DNA of 64,000 nucleotides from an uncultured Peptostreptococcaceae bacterium (GCA_964617505.1 CAZTZB010000001.1:46977-110976); one strand, 5' to 3'. Counted from the first letter of the stretch, positions 48,440 to 56,972 are shown. Notes: a model not told the origin generated them from the letters alone. A program made the numbers and translations.

Positions 48440-49141
48440 TTAGGAGTTCAAAGGCTTATATTTCTTTTCAAGCGAAAGCACTTTTCTCGAATAGCTAGTG
48501 CTATAGGTTCCATACTTTTCATAGTAGGCTTTCAAATTATACGGTCCACGATTGTATTCCGATAAAATTCTATTGTAATTATCACCATAAGCCTTATGAA
48601 GCATGTTTATATAAACCGCTGATAACCCAATATTATAATCCTCTTCGAAAATGCGTTCAGGATCATATTCCACACCTATCGTATCACCATATTCTTCAGC
48701 CAGCCATTTTTCAGTTCCCGGTATAATTTGCATATACCCTCTGTCTTCATGTGTGCCTACCTCATATTTATTGAAATCACTTTCCAGTTCCATAAGTGCA
48801 AGCAATAGTGAAATTCTTATATCAAGGTCCTCTGAATACTTGACAAGCGACAGTGCCGCTTCTTCAGGAAGGGTGGTCACTTCCATTATTCTTGAAGCAT
48901 TTTTCTTTAACAATAGATTTTCATATGTTTCGAAGTTTTGCGCAGTTTCAACTTTATTAAGCAATTCATTGCTATATTCATCATTGGATTCCTCGGAAAA
49001 TACTGCAAACGGTTCATCTGTATCATTTACTTCATATTCATTCTCCGTTTCTGCGTATGCAGCCAATGCAAATCCCAGTATAAGAATCGGTACGAGCAAC
49101 AAATAAAACTTTTTCATTGCTCTTTTATTTAAAGCTTTCAT
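48440..49141 (-). CDS. Membrane-anchored/secreted lytic transglycosylase (SLT domain), paralog 2
   Basis: Start moved to MKALNKRAMKKFYLLLVPILILGFALA (AAGGGGA upstream). The upstream part of the ORF call is occupied by the terminator hairpin. Catalytic ELES, RGYMQIIPGTEKWL. Confidence 0.8.
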   Translation of the reverse strand: MKALNKRAMKKFYLLLVPILILGFALAAYAETENEYEVNDTDEPFAVFSEESNDEYSNELLNKVETAQNFETYENLLLKKNASRIMEVTTLPEEAALSLVKYSEDLDIRISLLLALMELESDFNKYEVGTHEDRGYMQIIPGTEKWLAEEYGDTIGVEYDPERIFEEDYNIGLSAVYINMLHKAYGDNYNRILSEYNRGPYNLKAYYEKYGTYSTSYSRKVLSLEKKYKPLNS

Positions 49142-49157
49142 GTTTAATCCCCTTTTT

Positions 49158-49193
49158 AAAAAAATAGAAGGCATATGCAAATGCATACGCCTT
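49158..49193 (-). terminator. Terminator after the M18 aminopeptidase gene
   Basis: AAGGCATATG...CATACGCCTT hairpin (one mismatch that becomes G-U on the minus strand), flanked by an A-run and a T-run. Confidence 0.6.
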
Positions 49194-49233
49194 TTTTCAC
49201 AACTATTGTATTATAACAAAAAAACATACTAAA

Positions 49234-50634
49234 TCAAGACATTTCTTTAAAAAATATATCGTAGGCCCTGTAGGCCATATATAAATCCACCTTGCTTATC
49301 AACTCAAACGGAGCATGCATGCTGATTACCGGAAGTCCAATGTCAACCACTTCGGCTCCCCTATTTGCAAGAATATAAGCGATGGTTCCACCTCCGCCTT
49401 GGTCAACTTTCCCTACTTCAGCAGTTTGCCAAACAATATTTTCTTTGTTAAAGAGCATTCTTATTTTAGACATGTATTCTGCATTTGAATCGTTTGAATT
49501 TGATTTTCCTTTGGATCCGCCGTATTTTGAAACAGAAACCCCTCTACCAATATATGCCGAATTAATCTTATCGGAAACCTCAGAGTAATCAGGGTCAAAA
49601 CCATTAACGACATCAGCAGAAAGAACATAACTTTTTGATAGCATTCTTCTAAGCATCAGCTCATTGTACTGGCCTTTAGTCTTATATATTATTTCAGCCA
49701 TGAAGTTTTCAAAGAAGCTTGAGAGCATCCCAGTGTTTCCAACACTTCCTATTTCCTCTTTATCGCTAAAAATAGCTACCGCACTTCTTTCATATGTCTC
49801 GGATGAAAAAATAGCTTTCATTGCGGCAAATGAACATGAACGGTCGTCTTGCCCGTATCCAAGCACCATTGACCGGTCCAATCCGGAATCTCTTGCTTTG
49901 CCAGCAGGCACAACTTCTAATTCTGCGACTTTAAAGTCTTCTTCAGAAATGCCGTACATTTCCTCAATCATTTTAAGAATATACGCTTTTATAGGTTTCT
50001 TTTCGTCCTTTCCCACGCAAGGAATGTTACCAATGATAACATTCAAACTCTCTCCTGTTACCGCTTCGCTCATTATTTTTGCATTCTGATCCTTTGCAAG
50101 ATGTGGCAGCAAATCACTTATCGAAAATACCGGATCTTCGGGATCTTCGCCTATGCTTATTGAAATTTTGTTGCCATCAGAGTCATACGCAACCCCGTGA
50201 ATAGCTAGTGGCAGTGATGTCCATTGATACTTTTTTATTCCGCCATAGTAATGAGTCTTTAATAAAGCCATGTCTCCGTCTTCGTAAATAGGATTTTGCT
50301 TCAGGTCAAGCCTTGGTGAATCTATATGACCGCCTACAATGTTTACACCATCGGTCAAATCGAATTTGCCAAGGTTAATCATTACCATGGATTTGCCGCG
50401 GTGTTTAGCGTAATACTTTCCGTTGGGATTGAAGTCTTTCTCATCCATCTCGTAGAAATCTAAGAAGCCTTCTTTTTTTGCTTCTTCTTCAATATAGTCA
50501 GCAGCTTCCCTCTCAGTCTTGCCTATGGAAATAAATCTTTTATATTCTTCTATCAGCTTTTTCATTTCATTTTTATCTTCAGCTTCCAAACTGTTCCATG
50601 CGCTTTTACTCTTTTTATGATCGATTTTTTTCAT
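49234..50634 (-). CDS. M18 family aminopeptidase (aminopeptidase-1 type)
   Basis: 466 aa. IVGGHIDSPRLDLK, a GQDDR-type segment and the C-terminal ISMHAPFE pattern, recognised by eye. Confidence 0.78.
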   Translation of the reverse strand: MKKIDHKKSKSAWNSLEAEDKNEMKKLIEEYKRFISIGKTEREAADYIEEEAKKEGFLDFYEMDEKDFNPNGKYYAKHRGKSMVMINLGKFDLTDGVNIVGGHIDSPRLDLKQNPIYEDGDMALLKTHYYGGIKKYQWTSLPLAIHGVAYDSDGNKISISIGEDPEDPVFSISDLLPHLAKDQNAKIMSEAVTGESLNVIIGNIPCVGKDEKKPIKAYILKMIEEMYGISEEDFKVAELEVVPAGKARDSGLDRSMVLGYGQDDRSCSFAAMKAIFSSETYERSAVAIFSDKEEIGSVGNTGMLSSFFENFMAEIIYKTKGQYNELMLRRMLSKSYVLSADVVNGFDPDYSEVSDKINSAYIGRGVSVSKYGGSKGKSNSNDSNAEYMSKIRMLFNKENIVWQTAEVGKVDQGGGGTIAYILANRGAEVVDIGLPVISMHAPFELISKVDLYMAYRAYDIFFKEMS

Positions 50635-50653
50635 CCACTTTGCCCCCTGTATT

Positions 50654-50851
50654 TTAGTTTAGGCTATTCTTATCTTCCTTTTCATCAACTATTTTTATGG
50701 AATCAAGCTGTTTCCTGAATTGTTTTCTGAAAGATTTCAAATATTCCTCCCTAAGCAACCTTTGTTCCTCTTTCTCTTCCTTTGTTAAGCCCTCATCTTT
50801 TTGTTTTCTTGCGAGCTGGTTTATTCGATCCAATCTTTTCTTTTCTATCAT
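50654..50851 (-). CDS. DUF896 (YnzC-like, UPF0291) small protein
   Basis: Start at MIEKKRLDRINQLARKQK with GGAGG 5 nt upstream. LTKEEKEEQRLLREEYLKSFR is the family pattern. Confidence 0.8.
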   Translation of the reverse strand: MIEKKRLDRINQLARKQKDEGLTKEEKEEQRLLREEYLKSFRKQFRKQLDSIKIVDEKEDKNSLN

Positions 50852-52673
50852 TTTTACCTCCAAATGTCTTTTCTGTTTTTAACGGCCTAATCAATGCCTT
50901 TTCATCATAACCTACAAGATCAAGTCTATTTGCCTTTTTTAAAGCCTCATATACCAATGTCTTGTATTTTGGATCCCAATACTGCAAGAGTGCTCTTTGC
51001 AGCTCCTTTTCCCGTCCCTTTGGCACATATACAGCTTTCATTGTTCTAGGATCTAATCCTGTATGATACATTACAGTTGACAATGTTCCAGGCGTGGGAT
51101 AAAAGTCCTGTACCTGCTCTGGGTGTCTACCAATATCACGCAAATATTCCGCTAGCATCACTGAATCCTCAAGTCTGCTTCCCGGGTGGCTCGATATGAA
51201 ATATGGAACCAGATACTGTTCCTTATCTATTGACCTGTTGTATTTAAAATATGCATCTCTAAATTGTTTATAGTTATCAAAAGAAGGCTTATTCAAGCAT
51301 TTCAAAACATTACTCGAAACATGTTCCGGCGCAACCTTCAATTGTCCGCTTATATGATTCTTGCATAGCTGCTTAAAAAACACATTATTCGGATCCAACA
51401 TAAGATAGTCATATCTTACACCCGATTTAATAAAAACTTTTTTTACTCCCTTCAATTCTTCTAGTCCCCTCAAAAGCTCCACATAATCGCTATGGTCGGG
51501 AGAAAGGTTGGGACAAGCTGAAGGTGCAAGGCAACTTCTGTCATCACAATATCCGTATTCTTTCGCTTTTTTGCAAGCGTCTTTTCGAAAATTGGCGGTC
51601 GGTCCTCCGACATCCTGAATATATCCCTTAAAGTCTTTCTGCCCTGTCATCCACTTTGCTTCTTTAATTACCGATGCGGCGCTTCTTGGTTGTATATGCT
51701 TTCCTTGGTGTCTGCTTATTGCGCAAAACGAACAGTCGCCAAAACAGCCTCTTTGCGCTGTTATGCTAAAACGCATTTCATTTAGTGCCGGAATTCCTCC
51801 GGCATTGTCATAATCCGGGTGTGATTCCCTTACATAAGGCAGATCGTATACGTCGTCTAAATATACTTGTTCCAATGGGTATTGTGGGGGATTCTGAACT
51901 AAATACCGGTTGCCATGCTTCTGCATAATCACCATATCGTTAAAAGGATTGTCGCCTTTTGCTTGCATTAAAAAGGCTCGCGCTAGAGCTGTTTTATCTA
52001 ACACGGCTTCATCATATGAAGGTATTTCAATTGCTTTTATTTCATCGCAATCATTATTTTGTATATAGACCGTTCCTCTAATATGCTTAATATCTTTTAT
52101 TGACACACCAGCTGACAAGTATTCCGCAATTTCAGTAAGCGGCTTTTCACCCATTCCATAAACAAGTAAATCGGCTTTTGAATCAAGCAGAATTGATCGT
52201 CTTATTTTGTCATCCCAATAGTCGTAATGAGCCATTCGCCTCAAACTTGCTTCTATTCCTCCTATAACAACTGGAACATCCTTATAATGTGATTTTATAA
52301 GGTTTGTATACACTATTATCGCACGGTCGGGTCTTTTTCCAAATTCTCCACCCGGTGTATACGCATCACTTCTTCTTTTTCTTTTGTTAACAGTATAATG
52401 GTTAACCATTGAATCCATATTTCCTGAAGTCACCAAGAAAGCATATTTCGGTCTTCCCAACAGCTTTATGCTCTCTGAATTATTCCAATCCGGCTGAGCA
52501 ATTATTCCTACTTTATATCCCAATCTTTCAAGACTTCTTGAAAGTATAGCAGTAGCAAAGCTTGGATGATCGACATATGCATCGCCAGTGACCATAATGA
52601 AATCGCATTGTTCCCAAGTTCTTTTATTCATATCCTCCCTGTTGACAGGAAGAAATGCATCTCTTTTACTCAT
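50793..52673 (-). CDS. ygiQ: YgiQ family radical SAM protein (UPF0313)
   Basis: Start at MSKRDAFLPVNREDM (GGAGG upstream). VTGDAYVDHPSFATAIL N-domain, CFGDCSFC radical SAM cysteines, basic C-terminal tail. Confidence 0.88.
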   Translation of the reverse strand: MSKRDAFLPVNREDMNKRTWEQCDFIMVTGDAYVDHPSFATAILSRSLERLGYKVGIIAQPDWNNSESIKLLGRPKYAFLVTSGNMDSMVNHYTVNKRKRRSDAYTPGGEFGKRPDRAIIVYTNLIKSHYKDVPVVIGGIEASLRRMAHYDYWDDKIRRSILLDSKADLLVYGMGEKPLTEIAEYLSAGVSIKDIKHIRGTVYIQNNDCDEIKAIEIPSYDEAVLDKTALARAFLMQAKGDNPFNDMVIMQKHGNRYLVQNPPQYPLEQVYLDDVYDLPYVRESHPDYDNAGGIPALNEMRFSITAQRGCFGDCSFCAISRHQGKHIQPRSAASVIKEAKWMTGQKDFKGYIQDVGGPTANFRKDACKKAKEYGYCDDRSCLAPSACPNLSPDHSDYVELLRGLEELKGVKKVFIKSGVRYDYLMLDPNNVFFKQLCKNHISGQLKVAPEHVSSNVLKCLNKPSFDNYKQFRDAYFKYNRSIDKEQYLVPYFISSHPGSRLEDSVMLAEYLRDIGRHPEQVQDFYPTPGTLSTVMYHTGLDPRTMKAVYVPKGREKELQRALLQYWDPKYKTLVYEALKKANRLDLVGYDEKALIRPLKTEKTFGGKNDRKEKIGSNKPARKKTKR

Positions 52674-52767
52674 GTGTACCTCCATCAATATCAATTATTA
52701 CAAAGTTGTTACATTTTCCGTATTTTCCTGCTATAATTACATCATATAATATTTCTAGGAGAAGATT

Positions 52768-54186
52768 ATGCAAAACATTATAAACTTTCTACAAAAGATA
52801 AATTCTATTGCCTATTCCCTATATCATATTCTATCCAAATTTATGATCTTTCTATCATATACTATCAAAAAATCATGGAAAGTATTCTCTTTTATTCTCT
52901 TTTGTCTTCGCGACACAATTCGCTATTTAAATGAAATCAATGTGATTATAGACCAAATGATTATATCCTTATTTTTTTCTATATGTTTTGTTTTTTACAA
53001 ATTTATCGAATTCGTATGCAATGTTGTTTACAAATTTATAATTTTCCTAGTATATACTATTAAAACATCATGGAAAATATCACTTATTACTATTTCTTGT
53101 CTTCGCGACACAGTTCACTTTTTAAATGAAATCAATATGATTATAGACCAAATGATTATATCCTTATTTTTTTCTATATGTTTTGTTTTTTACAAGTTCA
53201 TCGAATTCATTTGCAGTATTATCTCAAAATCAATTATTTGGCTAATTTCTCTTATAATAAGATGGAAAAAAGAAAAATTCACTTTCGTTATCATATCACC
53301 AGAAAACTCAAAACAAAAGAATCTTTGCTTTAGTAAACTTTTCGTTTATTCCGGAACCTTTGCAATTTCTTTTATAACTCTGTTCCTAGTGATTTCTTCA
53401 TTACTTCTTTTCAATATCAATGAAAATCTCACCAATGAAGTATTTGCCAGCCGCGAAAAAACCGGTAATATTATTGCTATAAAAGAGTCATATGAAGAAC
53501 AAATAGACCAACTTACGAACAACGCGATAATTGTTTCAGAAAAGCTCAACGAACTTAATGATCTTGAATACAAAATAAGGGATATGGTCGGCCTAAACAT
53601 ATCCGAAACTGCTTCAGTTGCTAATGGCTTGTCGGCTCCACTTTCGCGCTCAGCTGACAGAACAGTAAATCTTCCTGAAAATAGCAGCATTTATGTCCCT
53701 GATGACAGCTATAGCATCATAACTCTAATAGAAAACGAAAAAGAAGTTATTGACAAATTTTCAAAAGATTTGGAAGACCGTCTTGACTTCCTTGATGCAA
53801 GGCCAGATCTGATTCCAGTAGATGGCCGCATCACATCCCCATTCGGTTTTAGAATTCATCCAACTACCGGTAAAAAAGATTATCACAAGGGCATCGATAT
53901 AGCTAATGAGCAAGGCACCCAAATATTTGCCGCAGGTAGCGGAGTTGTAACCTATGTAGGCTACAATGGCGGTTACGGAAGAATGGTGATAATTTCTCAC
54001 GGTTATGGCTATAAAAGCGTTTATGCCCATTTAAAATCTGCATCCGTAAACTTGGGAGATTCAGTTGAAAAAGGAGACAAAATTGCTCTTATGGGAAGTA
54101 CAGGCCTTAGTACCGGTTCTCATCTTCACTTCGAAATACACTACAACGGAAATCAAATAAATCCACTTAACATTATTGAAAACTAA
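52768..54186 (+). CDS. M23 family metallopeptidase with coiled-coil region and an unusual duplicated hydrophobic N-terminal extension
   Basis: 472 aa. GGAGA 5 nt upstream of the ATG. C-terminal HKGIDIA...GSTGLSTGSHLHFEI M23 motifs. N-terminal ~165 aa are Phe/Ile-rich. Confidence 0.85.
   Translation: MQNIINFLQKINSIAYSLYHILSKFMIFLSYTIKKSWKVFSFILFCLRDTIRYLNEINVIIDQMIISLFFSICFVFYKFIEFVCNVVYKFIIFLVYTIKTSWKISLITISCLRDTVHFLNEINMIIDQMIISLFFSICFVFYKFIEFICSIISKSIIWLISLIIRWKKEKFTFVIISPENSKQKNLCFSKLFVYSGTFAISFITLFLVISSLLLFNINENLTNEVFASREKTGNIIAIKESYEEQIDQLTNNAIIVSEKLNELNDLEYKIRDMVGLNISETASVANGLSAPLSRSADRTVNLPENSSIYVPDDSYSIITLIENEKEVIDKFSKDLEDRLDFLDARPDLIPVDGRITSPFGFRIHPTTGKKDYHKGIDIANEQGTQIFAAGSGVVTYVGYNGGYGRMVIISHGYGYKSVYAHLKSASVNLGDSVEKGDKIALMGSTGLSTGSHLHFEIHYNGNQINPLNIIEN
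52836..53225 (+). repeat. In-frame tandem duplication, 2 x 195 bp (65 codons), inside the M23 peptidase gene
   Basis: Copy 1 is 52836-53030 and copy 2 is 53031-53225. The core 52926-53000 versus 53121-53195 is 74/75 identical by hand alignment. The flanks are clearly more diverged. Confidence 0.9.
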
Positions 54187-54190
54187 TGTT

Positions 54191-54221
54191 AAAGCCGCCA
54201 AGTAGGCGGCTTTATTTTTTT
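54191..54221 (+). terminator. Terminator after the M23 peptidase gene
   Basis: AAAGCCGCC-AAGT-AGGCGGCTTT followed by ATTTTTTT. Confidence 0.75.
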
Positions 54222-54228
54222 AAGTTCT

Positions 54229-54984
54229 TTATATTCCCATTATTTCTTTAAAGCTACACACCTTGTTCCTGCTAACAGGAATTTTTTCATCGCTTCCTGT
54301 TAAAACAACTTGCAATGTTCCATTAAACCAATTATATACCTCTTTAACATGATCCAAATTCAAAAGATAGCTTCTATGTGTTCTAAAGAGGTTGTAATCT
54401 CTAAACTTATTCTCTAGCTCAGAAAGCGTCATGCTTGTTATATATTCACCTTTTCCAGTGTTTATAATCGTATTCCTTCCATCAGTAGTAACATAATAAA
54501 TTTCTTCAGGCTCCAAAGGAATGTATTTTCCATCTGCATACACGCTAATTCTTTCTATTTTCTTGTTGTAGTTCTCCAAGAACATTTTCAAACGCTCGTC
54601 CGTTCCCGATTGTTCTTTGTTTTCAATATTCTCTCTTATCTTATTTAAGGCTTTTGAAAGTCTTTTGCTGTTAATAGGTTTTAGTATATAGTCTATTGCA
54701 TTTACCTCAAAGGCTTTAATCGCATAATCGTTATATGCAGTAACAAAAACTATCGCCGGACAATTTTTCTCCTTAGTCAGCATTTCCGCAAGCTCTATTC
54801 CATCTCCGCTGCCTAAATTTATATCCAAAAATACGGCATCAGGTTTCACATTGCATATTACATTTGCTGCCATCTCATAATCATATGCTTCCGCAACGAT
54901 TTCTACTCCACCAATTTCATTCAAAACATATTTGATTTCATTTATTGCGGGCATTTCGTCATCTACAACAACACATCTTATCAT
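54229..54984 (-). CDS. lytT: LytR/AlgR family response regulator (REC + LytTR)
   Basis: 251 aa. N-terminal receiver (VVDDE...DINLG) and C-terminal LytTR (FRTHRSYLLNLDHV). 4-nt overlap with the kinase gene. Confidence 0.88.
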   Translation of the reverse strand: MIRCVVVDDEMPAINEIKYVLNEIGGVEIVAEAYDYEMAANVICNVKPDAVFLDINLGSGDGIELAEMLTKEKNCPAIVFVTAYNDYAIKAFEVNAIDYILKPINSKRLSKALNKIRENIENKEQSGTDERLKMFLENYNKKIERISVYADGKYIPLEPEEIYYVTTDGRNTIINTGKGEYITSMTLSELENKFRDYNLFRTHRSYLLNLDHVKEVYNWFNGTLQVVLTGSDEKIPVSRNKVCSFKEIMGI

Positions 54985-56693
54985 GCAATCCTCCCCCTAC
55001 TCAATTCTTTTTCTATCGGTATTCTAATGCTTATCATGGTTCCTTTTCCCTTTTTAGATACAATATCAAGCCCATAGTTTGAACCGTACTTGCCCTTCAA
55101 ACGCTTATCAACATTAACCAGACCAATAGACTGTCCATTCTCATCTCGCTTTATGGCCTCGATTATTTTTTTATCTATTCCTATTCCATTGTCCTCTACA
55201 AGCAAATTATAGTAATCTTCAATGGCTTCCACCGATATTCTTATCTTAATTCCATCATTCATTCCCTTCATCCCATGTTTTACGGAATTCTCCACTATGG
55301 GCTGAAGTATAAGTGGCGGAACCTTGAAATCCAATTTATCGTCAATATCAAAAATTACATCTATTTTATCTCCAAAACGTGCCCTTTCAATTGCTAGGTA
55401 TGCTTTTATATGCGCAATTTCTTTTGTAAGCATTATTTCGTCTTGAGAAATTTGCATGTTCTGCCTTATATAATCGCACAAATTGAATATCAGATTTCTT
55501 GCGCTATCAGGATTAGTCCTTATAAACGAAGCAATTGTATTTAAAGCATTAAACAGAAAGTGCGGATTTATCTGAGCCTGCAAGGCCTTTAGTTCCGCTT
55601 TAGCCACAAGCTTCCTTTGATACTCAACCATTCCCAACTCTATTTGCATCGAAAATAATCTTGCAAGCCCTAGAACAAGTTGAACATCATGATCGGTAAT
55701 GCCTCTTTTACCATTTCTAAAGACCTTCAATGTTCCGACAACCTTATCTCTCTCTTTCAGAGGTACGATAACGCCTGAGCTCAGCTCGGTTTTTGTTCTA
55801 TACTCAATTTCCTTGACTTTTTTAGTTACTTTATATTTGCCAGTTTCTATTACATTCCTTGTTATGCTTGATATATCCATTTCACCGGGAATAATATTTT
55901 CGCTTCCGGTACCGACATATGCCAATATTTTATTTTCGTCGGTTATCGAAACTGCCGCCAAGCTTGTCATTTCATATATTATTCTGGCCGCTTCCTTTGA
56001 GGTCTCTGTATTGAATCCCATCCTTAGATATGGAAGGGTTTTAGTTGCAATATTTAGTGTCAATTGTGCTTGTTCTGCTTTTATCCTTTCTTTTTCACTA
56101 AATATACTCTGAGTTATAGCAATAAATATAGAAATTCCTATTGAGTTTACAAATACCATTGGAAGCCATATTATCTTTACCAATTCAATCGCATCGGCAA
56201 ACGGCCTTGCAATTAGCAAAATGATTGCCATCTGCATTAGTTCTGCCAAGGCCCCCATTACAAGAGCTCCAAGCCAGTCCATTCTTATGTTCTTAAACAT
56301 TCGACTGCAATAGCCAGCCAGCAAACCCTCCGCAATTGTAGAAACTGCACAAGCTACCGCCGTAAACCCTCCTATATCAATAATCCATCTATGAGATCCA
56401 GCAATAAAACCACTCAAAAAACCAACTAAAGGCCCTCCAAGCCATCCTGCAACAAATACACCTATAATCCTTGAATTTGCAATTGCTCCATTAACCGGAA
56501 CACCAGCATAGGTACCGATAATTCCAAACAATCCAAATAACACCGACATTGTTATTTTATCGACAAATTTTATATCCTTTTTAGTTACAAGTCGCTTAAA
56601 TATGGCTATTTTCGACAACAAAAACGCAAGTGTTATTATTATCCCAACTTTACTGGTCATACTTTTTAAAAGAACAAGAATCGTTTCACTCAT
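54981..56693 (-). CDS. lytS: LytS-type sensor histidine kinase (5TM-LYT, GAF, His_kinase, HATPase)
   Basis: Start taken at MSETILVLLKSM, which matches the usual LytS N-terminus. QINPHFLFNALN H-box and a C-terminal ATPase domain. Confidence 0.88.
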   Translation of the reverse strand: MSETILVLLKSMTSKVGIIITLAFLLSKIAIFKRLVTKKDIKFVDKITMSVLFGLFGIIGTYAGVPVNGAIANSRIIGVFVAGWLGGPLVGFLSGFIAGSHRWIIDIGGFTAVACAVSTIAEGLLAGYCSRMFKNIRMDWLGALVMGALAELMQMAIILLIARPFADAIELVKIIWLPMVFVNSIGISIFIAITQSIFSEKERIKAEQAQLTLNIATKTLPYLRMGFNTETSKEAARIIYEMTSLAAVSITDENKILAYVGTGSENIIPGEMDISSITRNVIETGKYKVTKKVKEIEYRTKTELSSGVIVPLKERDKVVGTLKVFRNGKRGITDHDVQLVLGLARLFSMQIELGMVEYQRKLVAKAELKALQAQINPHFLFNALNTIASFIRTNPDSARNLIFNLCDYIRQNMQISQDEIMLTKEIAHIKAYLAIERARFGDKIDVIFDIDDKLDFKVPPLILQPIVENSVKHGMKGMNDGIKIRISVEAIEDYYNLLVEDNGIGIDKKIIEAIKRDENGQSIGLVNVDKRLKGKYGSNYGLDIVSKKGKGTMISIRIPIEKELSRGRIA

Positions 56694-56728
56694 AGCGCAA
56701 ATACCTCTCTGCATTTTATGAAAACATT

Positions 56729-56938
56729 AAATATAAATATAGCTCCTGAATAGTCAGAAGCTATATTTTATACCCAAGATGCCGTCTTCTTTAAATTCAT
56801 ACCCAGTTATAACCAGGTGGGTGCTCTGCTCTCTGCTTTTGACGTCCTAAACAGGCATGCCATCCACAGAGAGACTCAAACTCCCGTATTAAATCCAGTG
56901 GTTGAATTTATCAGAAACAACTAACACCTCAGGCATTT
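56729..56938 (-). ncRNA. ssrS: Candidate 6S RNA (ssrS), including its terminator hairpin
   Basis: ORF-free, GC-richer island. Long interrupted hairpin with three closing helices: 56936-56923 pairs with 56783-56770, 56917-56913 with 56790-56786, and 56909-56903 with 56799-56793. Apical helix is CUCUCUG/CAGAGAG (56873-56867 / 56835-56829), with a large central bubble. Has its own promoter and a 13-bp terminator stem (56766-56737). The 5' end resembles remembered 6S sequences. No covariance search was run. Confidence 0.55.
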
Positions 56939-56943
56939 CCTTT

Positions 56944-56972
56944 TCTATAGTTATTATATCTCATACTTTCAA
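56944..56972 (-). promoter_or_regulatory. Putative promoter of the 6S RNA candidate
   Basis: TTGAAA (56972-56967, directly after the upstream stop codon) - 17 nt - TATAGA (56949-56944). Confidence 0.45.

Noticed and set aside
56729-56972. SRP (4.5S/scRNA) RNA as the identity of the structured intergenic element.
   Set aside because: Neither strand contains the conserved domain IV motif (GGUCC-GGAA-GGAAGCAGC-like tetraloop/symmetric loop). The overall long-hairpin-with-bubble fold and 5' sequence fit 6S better.
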